A stretch of 60,894 nt of DNA, filler included. It is 7 parts of 7 records of this genome, joined end to end, with 100 filler letters (N's around TTAATTAATTAA, not from the genome) between each part and the next. Parts side by side here need not be neighbours in the genome. Positions count along the whole stretch, not along the records: positions 21,814 to 47,854 come from SRR7504441_304; positions 47,955 to 51,515 come from SRR7504441_305; positions 51,616 to 55,939 come from SRR7504441_314; 4 more parts are not named here. One strand, 5' to 3'. The stretch's first letter is position 1, and each line of letters starts with the position of its first letter. Below the pieces are notes generated by a model. It was not told the origin of the DNA. It did no database searches and was given only the letters and a program-made list of their open reading frames with translations. A program made the position numbers and the translations under genes. Shown one piece after another: positions 45,273-56,039 of this stretch.

Positions 45273-47448
45273 ATGGCCGGGCTCGCGCTCATGCTTGGGC
45301 TAGTAGGCACCGCTGCTGCTGCAACACAGCCGCCGCACATATTTCTGGTGTTGATTGACGACCTGGGTAGCGCCCGGGGAGAGCGCCGGTGCTGAGTACA
45401 AGCAGGCTGGTCCAACGTGGGCAACCGAGCCGGCCAGGGCAAGGGATCTGCGCTACCCTCGGAGGCGGTCACGCCTACGATCGACAAGCTGATTGCGGAG
45501 GGGGTTCGGCTCAACCGACACTACGTCAGTGAAAGCCGCAGGGCTGCTGTGTCTGATGGGGGCGGCTAGACGTACAACTACTGCTCCCCGTCCCGGGCGA
45601 GCCTGCAGAGTGGAAGGATGCCAATGCACGTGAGCTATGACAATGACGACCCCACCTTGTTCAACCCCGCGGACCCGGTGCCGCAAACAGCCCGAGGCCG
45701 GCGAGCCACAGCCAGGTGAGCGGGTTCGCTGGAATCCCGAGGAACATGACATGTCTGGCCGACAAGCTCAAGAGCGCCGGGTATAAGACAGCAATGACCG
45801 GCAAGTGGGACGCTGGAATGGCCACCTTTGAGCATACTCCGATGGGCCGAGGGTACGATCAGTGGCTGGGCTATTATCATCATGCGGTCCGTCCTTTCGG
45901 ATCTTACCTTGCAACTGATCGCTGGTTTGTTCAATTAGAACGATTACTACTCCCAAACGCTTGGATACTCGTCCACGGGATCACTTGACATTTGTCAGCA
46001 GCAAGGCGTCGAATTGGTCGACCTGTGGCAAGCCGAGGTCTGCCCTCCCTGTTGCCAGTGCTAACCCAGATGTACCCAGGCTGGGCAGAAGGGCGGCCCG
46101 GCGTGCAGGCTGAATGGTACAGCATACGAGGAGGAGCTCTTCTCCAATCATACTCTATCGGTGATCGAAGCGCACGATACCAGTTCGCCCCTTCTGCTGT
46201 TCCATTCCTTCCACCTCATACATACGCCCCTCGAGGTGCCGGAGCCCTACGAGGCAAAGTTCAGCTTCCTCAAGCCAAGAGCCCGTCGGTTGTATGCCGC
46301 GATGGTGAACTACATGGATGAGAAGCTTGGCTTGTTCGTCGATGCCTTCAAGCGCCGCGGCATGTGGGACAACACGATCATGGTAGTCAGCAGCGATAAC
46401 GGAGGTTGCGCCACACCCCCGTTTAGATCTGAGCTGTTAGCCTTGCGCTTCAGACCTGCTGTGTTTCTGTCGATAAGGGTAATGTGCTAGGTCCGATCTA
46501 TGACACTGGATTTGGGCTGTCGAGTCGCTCTGTTGCTGGTGGTGCAAACAACCAGCCGCTCAAGGGAGGCAAGTTGACAGATTGGGAGGTGCAACTCCAC
46601 TGGTGTTGTCGGCAGTTGGTGAGCTGGATGCAGGGTGGCGTTCGAGTCAACGCGTTCGTGTCTGGAGGCTTCCTTCCGGCCAAGCAACGCGGCACCGAGC
46701 TCGACCATTACGTGCGCTGATTGAATTGCGTAGCAACGAGGCCAGTGGGCCGCAGGTGCACATTGCCGACTGGTGGGCTACGCTAAGCCACCTGGCCGGA
46801 GTGGATGCCTCGGACGCCAAGGCCGCCAAGGCTGGTCTGCCGGCTCCTGACAGCATCAACCAGTAAGCACTGGCGGCGATCGCGATACAGTAGTCAGCTT
46901 GCATGGCAGGTGGCCAGTGATAGCTGGGATTAGCAAGTCTGCGGCCCGCACCAGCATCCACCTGTCAGAGGTGTGCCCTAGTGATGCATGCTGCATCAAA
47001 TCATTGGGCAAGGTGGCTTACATCGATGGAAGCCTCAAACTGCTGACTGGCAACACCATCCCTCCGGCCTTCGGGTCTCTGTTGAAGCGCTTTGGCCTGC
47101 AATCGACGGACGTGCCGTTTGCAGGGTGTGTAATGCTATTACTGCCAGCCGAGCCGATACTGGTTTGGTAGGTATTGGGCTGGATTCGGGGTCGAAGCAG
47201 CTGTCAACACGTTCGCAGCCCGACAGGACTGCAGCCAGGGCTGTTTGTACGACATCGTGAACGATCCTAACGAACAGCATGACTTGGCAGCCACGCATCC
47301 TGATCTAGTCAAGCAGATGAACGCCACGTTGAACCAGATGAACCAAGGCATCTTTCGGCCAGACCGGGGCAATGAGTCTGTGCTCGCTTGCAAAGTTGGT
47401 GGCAAGCAATACGGTGGATTTTATGGCCCATTTGTTGATCTGCATTAG
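45273..47448 (+). CDS. Arylsulfatase B-like secreted/lysosomal sulfatase
   Basis: Signal peptide; PHIFLVLIDDLGW, TPTIDKL, CSPSRASLQSGR (formylglycine motif), GKWDAG, HTPLEVP, SSDNGG, PLKGGK..WEGGVRV, LYDIVNDPNE. Confidence 0.93.
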
Positions 47449-47629
47449 ATCTACATTACCAGTGCAATTCATTAGGAATTCATTAGATCTTCATTAGAGA
47501 CGAACTCGTGATCTAATGTTAGATGACTGATTGTCTATAACGTACTATAACGCACGGTGTAGTTGATAAGTACGACTATAGTACGAGTACCGACTTGTCT
47601 AACGGCACGGCGCAAGTCACCGGGGAGCC

Positions 47630-47854
47630 ATGTTTGTGCTGATGCTAGCCACTGTGCTAGCTGGCGGCGGGCTGCAGATCTCGGGCAAGCGGATGGGCAA
47701 CGCACTTCCCGAGCACATGTTCGTCATCCTGCTTCTGGCTGTCCCGATGATCGCTGCCGCCTTCTTTGCGACCGCGGCAGCCGTGGGCTTCGACCGCAAG
47801 TCCCGGCTGTTCCCCAAGTCCCGCCTGGCCTCGATGGCTCTATTTGACACGATC
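47630..47854 (+). CDS. Hydrophobic membrane-protein N-terminus, truncated
   Basis: ATG 47630; two hydrophobic segments; runs into the linker. Confidence 0.45.
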
Positions 47855-47954
47855 NNNNNNNNNNNNNNNNNNNNNNNNNNNNNNNNNNNNNNNNNNNNTT
47901 AATTAATTAANNNNNNNNNNNNNNNNNNNNNNNNNNNNNNNNNNNNNNNNNNNN
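47855..47954. other. Artificial contig linker
   Basis: N-run + TTAATTAATTAA + N-run. Confidence 0.99.
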
Positions 47955-48349
47955 GGCCTGGGCGGGCCCAGCAAGCTGACCCAACCGGCTGTAGGTTCGC
48001 CCACTCGTCCGAGCAGCTGAGCAGCAGCGGAGCACACTCGCCAGACCGGGGTGCCCGTCCCGCCCCTCCTGATCGATTGCGCGCGCGTCTGGCAGTCTGG
48101 CCGGCAGCGATCTGGCCGGGGCGGTCCGGTCGGCTGCTGGGCCGGCCCGTTGCCACCGCGGGGAGGGGCGGCGGTCTGCGCTTTAGGACAGCGGACTGGC
48201 CGGGTCAGGCCGGGCTGTTGGGGCTGCTGAGGCTGCTGGGGCGGCTTACCCCTAAATTTCGCCCATCCCCGAGTTGGGCCAGCCGGTTTCCCCTAGCTGC
48301 ATGTATTGACCGAGTGCGGTGGCAGGTGTTGAGGCTCATTCATCTTTAG

Positions 48350-48835
48350 ACCGCCTCCTCGAGGTGCTCGTGCCCGAGGTTCTTGGGGTGTATGTTAGCT
48401 CGGCAGCCAGGTGATAGCAGCGAACTCAACAAGCAGCGGTGGTCGGCTAAACTGAGGGAGTCGGTTGACAGCCCTTGCCAATGTGCCACTATAAGCGAGG
48501 TGGGCCCAAAATCAGCTGCCGAGGTGGGTTGCACCACAGGCAATGTGATATCTGAGGTGGTTTATGCTGATTTGGGCATCGATCATGGCTTCTGCCGGAA
48601 TTTTATGCCGAATGTTCATCCCCGTCGTCTCGGGTGTAGATCCGACCCGAAGATTATAAGGCCTCTCGTGGAGAAGCTATGTTTGGGTAAAACAAGATGC
48701 CGTGTCCCAGCTCGGCTTGATGAGTTGCAGGCATTGGCCCGGAACCTTGAAGATCCTTGCCCAAAGCTCAAAGGGCGTATCAAAGAGCTTGCCATCGAAG
48801 TAAAGTGTGGAAAGAATGTGAGCCTCGTGCAATAG
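48350..48835 (+). CDS. C-terminal SUEL (galactose/rhamnose-binding) lectin domain; upstream exons unresolved or truncated
   Basis: C..G.VISEVVYADLG...G.C......GC......VEKLCLGKTRCRVPA......DPCP.....LAIEVKC. Confidence 0.75.
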   Translation, partial: TASSRCSCPRFLGCMLARQPGDSSELNKQRWSAKLRESVDSPCQCATISEVGPKSAAEVGCTTGNVISEVVYADLGIDHGFCRNFMPNVHPRRLGCRSDPKIIRPLVEKLCLGKTRCRVPARLDELQALARNLEDPCPKLKGRIKELAIEVKCGKNVSLVQ

Positions 48836-48983
48836 TACGTACATATATGTATACAAGGAGGAATAAGAATTGGCAATGCGCACCATGTGTGAGAGGCTTA
48901 ATAAGTTACAACAATCATGCGCGGAGGGCCGGTGTTACTCGATGGGTTATTTATTTATTAAACGCGCCACTTGTCCCACTCAA

Positions 48984-50621
48984 ATGCCGTCGACGCCAAG
49001 CCGGTGGGACGAGGCCGTCACCGAGTGGCGGGCAACCAGCCGCGGGCCCGCCTCGTCAGCGGCTAAGACCGACCGGTCGGCGCCCACCACGCCGGCCCGG
49101 GATCTGTTCCCTCGGAGCCCGCCGCCCAGTCGGCGCTCCGTAGAGCCGCAATGGCTCACCCCCGAGACCAGGCGGGAGCGGCTGGCAGCCTCACGACAGG
49201 CGGACGAGCATCAGCGCAGCCGGCAAGCCGCCGAGCAGGCCGAGCAGCGGCAGCGCGAGCACTTGGCTCCGGAGCTGCGACGAGAGCGGGCGAGAGAGAA
49301 GCACGGGCAGGCTGCAGAGCGGACGGCGGCCGGGCAGGAGCCTTCGCTGCTATCGGAGCTGGAGCGGCTGGCCGGGCGGTTCAGCGACAGCCAGGAGGCA
49401 GGATCCGAGCTGATGTTCGGGCTGCGGCAGCTGATTGCGGCTCACCGGTACCCTCGGTCCCGGCAGCGCGGGCAACGGAAACACGGGCTGGCGGCGCGGC
49501 AGCTGGGCAGGGTCTGGGACCGGTGCCAAGGCCGGAGGGTTTGTCAGCTGCTCTGGGGGTGGAGGCTGCGGGCAGCAGTTTCGGATCGGAGGCTGCCGGC
49601 TGTGCCCAGTCCTGGGAGAGAGGCAGTGGCGGCGCGGAGCAGGGCGCGGGTGCTGGCGGCGGAGGGGGCGCGACATGTGGCGGAGGAGCAGGCCGGGGTG
49701 GCTCGGGCTATGGTGGCCTCCGCAGGGGAGCAGCTGGTGGAGCTGCAGTCGCAGTGCAGCGAGCTGCAGGCTGCATGGGAGAGTGCAGAGGCTGAGGCAG
49801 CCCCACGGCCCGAGCGAGCTGATGGCCAGGTTCAGGTGCTCGGGCTCAAGGACAGGCTGCAGCGAGTCAGCCTCCAGCTGGTGCTCCTGCCGCTGGTAGC
49901 TCGGCTGCTGCTGTGGGTTGCGAGCACGGCCAGGTCTGGCAGGCCAGCAGAGTGCTGGCAGGGCCGGCTATGGCTGGGTGTGTGCGGCGGTGGCGGCGGG
50001 CGGTCCAGGAGGACGAGCTCGACCTTGAGAGAGAGCAGATGGTGCGCTGCAGGCAGGAGCCGCCCGCTCACTGTGCACTCAGGAGCATGTGGTGGTGGCC
50101 TCCTGGCAAGAAGCCCACTTCAACGCAGCGACCGCGGCCCAAATTGCCACTGCCCGGTACTGCATGCTGCTGGGCGGCTGGGAACAGTGGAGATGGGCCC
50201 GATTGCTCGGGGCGGCTCGGCTGCCTGGGGCTGTTGCGGGCCTCGACTGGAAATACACGGGCACGGAGCAAGCGCTGGTGCCATCGCGAGCCAGTTGGCG
50301 CGTGGGTAGTGTGTGTGCGGTGGTGGCCGGCTGGTTGCCGTTGCTCGGCCTAGTGGAGCGCCGGACTCAAGGTGAGCTGTCGATTGGGTCGATGGGCAGC
50401 GCCGCAATGGCCCGAGCGGTGCCCTGCTTGCGACCGGCCTGGCGACCCGGGGGCAGGTTGTGAGTTTGGAAGCCAAGATCGCGGCGCAGAGCTGCGAGCC
50501 GGTGCGGCTGCTCTCGCGGTCGGTGCTGCTATTTGGCACTGAGGAGCAAGACTTTTTGCGAGGCAGCCTGAGCCTGCACCAACTAGAGCTCGTGCTCAGG
50601 CCGGTGCTCGAAGACGCATAG
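48984..50621 (+). CDS. Hypothetical Arg/Trp-rich protein with coiled-coil segments
   Basis: ATG 48984 MPSTPSRWDEAVTEW; long open GC-rich exons; probable stop TAG 50619-50621. Confidence 0.5.
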
Positions 50622-50813
50622 CGCGGCGCTAGGTGCATAGCTAGGTCCATAAGTAGTGTGCCGCTAAACTACGACTACATGTATTAAATCCACCGGCCGC
50701 GTGCAAGCTACCCGATTATCAACAACATGGGCTCACTCGACGGTCTCAGCCCTCAATTAAAGTTAAAACAGTGGCCATCTGCGCATCGCGCACCGGCCTT
50801 AGTATCTGGCCGC

Positions 50814-51347
50814 TCAGCAGAGCCCGATCTTCTCCATCAGCTTGAGGAATTCTGACTGATTTATCTCCTGGTCCCCGTCGGTGTCAGCCTCCTTGATCAT
50901 CTCGTGCAGCTCATCGTCCGACATGGTCTCACCGATCTCGATGGCCATCCGGCGCAGGTTCTTAAACGTGATCCTGCCCGTCTTGTCCGCGTCCAGCAAC
51001 CGGAATGCCTTGATCATGTCCTGCTTCTTGTCCTTGTCCAGCTGCGGCCGCTCAGCCGGCGCAGGGCCCCGGGCGCACCAGCTTGCCGCCCATCAGCTGC
51101 TTGAATTCGTTGAAGTCAATGTCGCCCGAGCCGTCCTCGTCCAGGTTGGCGATCATCTCGTCCACCTCCTGGTCCGTCGGCTCAAACCCGAGCGCCTTCA
51201 TCGCGATCTTCAGCTCTTTGGCGTCGATCGTGCCTGCGCCGCCGGGTCGGCCGTGGGGCTGGGCAGCGCACCGGAGCCATCGGTGTCGAACAGGTCGAAC
51301 GCCTCGCGGATCTCGGCCAGCTGATCCTCGGTCAACGTCTCCACCAT
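50814..51347 (-). CDS. CETN: Centrin (caltractin)
   Basis: [40 protein letters not shown]...[20 protein letters not shown]...[21 protein letters not shown]; two introns. Confidence 0.95.
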
Positions 51348-51455
51348 CGCACTCTCGCACTGTGCCGGCCCCGAGCTAATCGCGCCCCATGTGATGAATC
51401 GAAATCAGCTTCGCTTCCGTTAAAAAACGGCACTCAGCGGTTGGTACTGGTGATC

Positions 51456-51515
51456 ATGCCATGGAGCGAAGCCAACGACCCGAGGACCGGCAAGCCGTAC
51501 TACTACCACACCGAG
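51456..51515 (+). CDS. N-terminus of a second WW-domain protein, truncated
   Basis: MPWSEANDPRTGKPYYYHTE, closely similar to the start of the gene at 35535. Confidence 0.75.
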
Positions 51516-51615
51516 NNNNNNNNNNNNNNNNNNNNNNNNNNNNNNNNNNNNNNNNNNNNTTAATTAATTAANNNNNNNNNNNNNNNNNNNNNNNNNNNNN
51601 NNNNNNNNNNNNNNN
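51516..51615. other. Artificial contig linker
   Basis: N-run + TTAATTAATTAA + N-run. Confidence 0.99.
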
Positions 51616-51861
51616 TGTATCAATCACTAGGTGCTCTTGCTACAAAATCAGATTTTCATGTACGTATATGGATGTTTGATGAATGGAAAATGACCAGATT
51701 TTAGTACTTCCTTCAAGATTTCAATTGCTAGGAAAACGCTAGCTTTGCGTAACTATAATTATAGCGCTAATATAGCGCTCGTAACTAGTTAGTTTTCGAT
51801 CATTTTAAGATTATGCTCAACATTTGGAGTGAGTGGTGGAGCAGAGCTTGCTTGTAATATG

Positions 51862-54800
51862 CTAACCAACAAGCTTAGCACTCAATAGAGCATCCACCTG
51901 CTGATAGAGTTCATCGTCAGTGGTGCCAGCATCCATTTTCACAGCCTCTATTTTGAATTTTGCCAGCACATGCTTCATGTTAGCATCATATTCTTCGGTT
52001 CGCTCCTTGACCTGGCTTTCACTGTGGCTCATTGGAGCATCAGGACCACAGAGCTTGGCCACAAGCTGTTCGGTGGACAGTTCAAGGTTGATCAGCCTAT
52101 CAATCACGACCTCGCTCTCCTTGAGTTTTTGGGCCTGCTCTGCATTCCGTGGAAATCCATCCAACACCCACCCGTGCTGAGCAGTCTCGTCCTCTGCAGT
52201 AATCTTGGCCAGAACCTGGATTGTCAGCTCTGTGGACAAGGCCCCATTCTGAGTGATGCACGCCTGGGCTGCTTCGTATAGCTGCTTGTTCAACGGTTTC
52301 ACATGATTGTGCATTGAGGCGTGCGACAGGTGGGTCAAGCCCATACGACGGTGCAACTGCTCACACACCCGGCCCTTGCCACTCCCAGGAGCCCCTGCAA
52401 TCAGCAGTTTGAAAGGTTCACCCGATGGCTGGAGCCTCAATGGTCGGTGCCCACCATATTGCGCCTCAGGACTCATCTTCTGCTTCTTAATCACACCGCT
52501 ATATAGCTGCAAGCTGATCTCATCTTGTGCCGCTTGCATGTCAATGCCACCCTGAATCCTGACTAGTCTCTTATCATACGCTGCCTGCAACGCGTCATCC
52601 AGACCCTGGTACTTAAGAGCTGTCTCCATGACTTCCTGTGGAGTCTCCCCTGGGAGCGAAACAAGTCTGGCTGCGACGTCATTGGGGATGGTGACAGCTG
52701 GATTGTTCATCGCATAAATCTTGCCATCGACCAGATCGACTCGCCGGTTGGCAATCTTGGCTAACATCTCTTGCTCGGAGACACTGAACATAATCACTTT
52801 ATCTGCAATGACATTTGCGTCCTGGAGCATACTCAGCTGCTCTGGGTTTGCCGGGATCCCGTCGAGCATCCACCTGCACCAAACTTGAGCCGGTGCAGCA
52901 CTGGCCAGGCACCCTTTCTGGTCGCATGTAGGCGAGGTACTTAAGAATTCGACCACAAGTTTCACTAGCAAATCGTCCGGCACCAGTCTTTTAGCTTTAA
53001 TCAGTTCCTGAGCCTCCATGCCCAGAGCAGACTTGGCCTTAGCAGCAGCTTGGACCACAACCGCTGTGTTAATGTGAACAACCCCCAGCTGGTTGACCAG
53101 CACAAGAATTTGCTTCCCTTTACCCGACCCTGGAGGGCCAACCACCATAAGCTTCCAAGGGCTGCCCTCCACCACCCGCCGAATGTCTTCATACACAACC
53201 TGCCCTCATTCCAACACGCTGTTGGCTGCAAGCCAGCACCTCTTGCCGTCTGTTACCATCCACCCTTACCAAGATATCTTTATAATAGCTGGCCACTTCT
53301 TCTGATGTCTTTGAATAAGCGGCTAATCGGGACGTGACCTGCAGATGGCTCAGCCGAAGATTGGGCGCATAGTCGCACCGCCTGTTCAGAGTCGTCCTCC
53401 TTGTGCACCAAACGTGCCTTGATCTCTTCAGGCGGCGGATTCTCCACCATGTGGTAGATAGTCTTGGTTTCTGGGTCAAAGCGCCTGTACCCTCACGCTC
53501 AGGAAAAGCTTTAGCAAGCTCACAGACCGGTGCACCACACGATCCACAAGTACCTTGACTGGGGTCTCAAGTAGAATGAACGCGGTCGGATCGATGCCAG
53601 CCGCAGTCATGGCCGCCGCCTGGGCAGCTGTCTGCGGGAACCCATCGAGAATCCAACCATTCTTCCTGCACTCAACGCCCTCGAGAACATTCTTGAGCAT
53701 TTCAATCATGTCAGCGTCAGGCACCGGCTTGCCTTCACTAACCAGCGCCTTGACACGCGTGCCCACTTCAGTCTCTTGCGCAGCATTCTCTCTGATCAGC
53801 TCCGCTGCAAACAAATGCACCAGTCCGTATTCCTTCGTGATCTTAGCACTGAGCGATCCTTTGCCAGCTCCAGGCGGCCCAGCTATTACAAACTTCCGTA
53901 CCGCTCGCGGGACCTTGCGCTGGGTATACCCTCTGTACTGCTTCTGAATCGCATTCGCAGCCATGTCGTCAGCTGAAAAGCTCATGCTGCGTGAAAACTT
54001 GGTCCGCTCCAGCTCGGCCATCTCGCCGACTGGTGGGTATAACGCGGCCTCAAGGCTAGCGTATATCTGCTCGGCTGGCTGCGCGGCGTCCAATTTGATA
54101 ACATCCCGCTCCGGGGCTTCGCTGAGTATCTCATTCAGCTTGAATTCAAAGTCAGCGTGCCGCCGCTTGACCACTGCAGGCGTGTTCTCGTGGTTGCACT
54201 TGACCTCAACACCTGCAGGAGGTGGACTCGTCTTCATATTATACTGCTGGTGGGTTTCGACTCCATACCTGCCCCGCAAATCACTGCATGCTTATCGATG
54301 CGCCGCTCATGGCCTGGCTTCAACTACACTTATATAGCGCTGACACACTCATGACTCACCGGATGTGAATCTGGGCCTCAAGTGCGTCAGCCTCACTCAA
54401 ACAGAGCACCACCAGCTTCGGGAACAGCCCCGCTTGGCGCATCATCTTAAATCCCTTTTTGCCGCTGCCCGTCCGAAATCAGCCGCAACCACACAAGCAG
54501 GCCACCTCGGCCAGCCGTCCAGCAGCCACCCCGACTTGACGCAGTCCGGTTGAGCCACGCGCAGCTTGAACAGATCGCACAGCATCGTGTCCGGAACAGC
54601 CTTGATCCCACCCTCTTGAATCAGCGCCATCGCCTGCTCGCCCAGCTCATGATCTCCGAGCGACCGAAGAATCGAGTCCTTAGTCACGTGCACCACCCCG
54701 AGGCTGGAAGTGAGCTGACTCACCAGCTTGCCCTTTCCGGTGGCCGGCGCCCCGAGAATCATCAGCTGCCACGGAGACCCTGAGATCACCCTCCTTGCAT

Positions 54801-55761
54801 CCTCGTACACCACTTCTGCAGGCCTGGCAGCCCCTATCCGGTGCGCCAGACTCCAGTACATGTCCTGCACCTGGACTGCACATGGTTCGAACACCTGTCA
54901 CGCTGGCTGGCCCCGCGCTGGCTGGGCCGACACACTGCCTCGTCATGTTCAGTCAGCTCAGGGTCGGCGCCAGGGCTAGACCCCTTCAAGATCAGGACTT
55001 GGCGCGGTGCGTATCCAGCGGCACTGAGCGCCCGGGCCTGGGTCTTGTTCATCGGGAAGCCCTCGAGCAGCCAGCTGCCATCCGGTTAGTCAGCAGCTCA
55101 GTCGTCAATTCGCGCCACCCATTCTTCCTGTGCTCGCTCTCCATAGCCTCGAGCTGGCCCAGCACTAGCTTAATCGCCATCTCGTCCGGCACAGGCTGGC
55201 CATTCTCCAGAAACCAGGCCAATTTGCTCCCGGATTCGCCCCCCGCTGCGACCTGACCCCCCCAATCGCCCCCCGCCTCCGGCCCATCCCCACTTGATCT
55301 GCGACGAGTGCGTCGACAGACACCCGTACCACACCAAACTGCATCTCTATCCGGCCAGCTAGCTCGGCCCGCCCAGACTGTGGCCCTCCCAGCAGCACGA
55401 ACCGCCGCTCCGGCCTGGCAACCTGCCCGCCAGTTCACCCGCTTCCGACGGCGTCCGGCGCCTTGCGCTCGTGGTGCCCCCTGTACTGCGCTTGGATCCT
55501 GACGGCGGCGTTGCTCTCAGCGGAGGTGGCCGGGGCTCGGGGGGGTGAGGCGCCTGCGCTGCCAGTCGGTGGCCGGCGGCCAGGCCGGGGACCTCCAGCT
55601 GCAGCCGGATAGCCGGGCCGGGCTTCGGGCGGGTCGGGGGTGGGCGAGCCCCGCTTGTCATCTGCGAGCGGACCGTCGACCCAGCCCTTCTTCTTGGGCT
55701 CTGGGGCGCTGGCAATCTCTTCCACCGGCTGTGTGGCCGCACCGCAGCACGCGCCTCCCAT
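51862..55761 (-). CDS. Five-domain adenylate kinase-like protein with two IQ motifs and an N-terminal acylation motif
   Basis: P-loops GGPQSGR, GAPATGKG, GPPGAGKG, GPPGSGKG, GAPGSGKG, each followed by a GW.LDG.P-type motif; IQAQYRGHHERK and IQKQYRGYTQRK; start MGGACCG. Confidence 0.9.
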
Positions 55762-55939
55762 CACGGTGGCCACCGCTGTCTCCCGACGGTGTACGGCTGT
55801 TTATAGGCCACGCGCTGTTCATGATCAACCGTGTACTAATAAAGTATACGTAACTTGAATACGTAGTAATGTACGGTGCCGTTAGCCTGTATCCCGAAAT
55901 AAAACAGGCCAACTTCCGGCACTCGGCATTTTTGATAGG

Positions 55940-56039
55940 NNNNNNNNNNNNNNNNNNNNNNNNNNNNNNNNNNNNNNNNNNNNTTAATTAATTAANNNNN
56001 NNNNNNNNNNNNNNNNNNNNNNNNNNNNNNNNNNNNNNN
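55940..56039. other. Artificial contig linker
   Basis: N-run + TTAATTAATTAA + N-run. Confidence 0.99.

Noticed and set aside
28704-47448. Frameshifts and stops suggesting pseudogenes or a recoded genetic code
   Set aside because: Every case examined is resolved by a short GT-AG or GC-AG intron, and TAA, TAG and TGA all serve as normal terminators.
51380-51450. TGATGA box and small hairpin (ccgtt-aaaa-aacgg) suggesting a C/D snoRNA
   Set aside because: No properly placed CTGA box D, and the region is a 108-bp divergent promoter.
7496-56039. Six identical TTAATTAATTAA palindromes flanked by Ns
   Set aside because: Artificial six-frame-stop linkers. Genes on either side are not neighbours, so the GH63 gene and the GH pair cannot be called one cluster.
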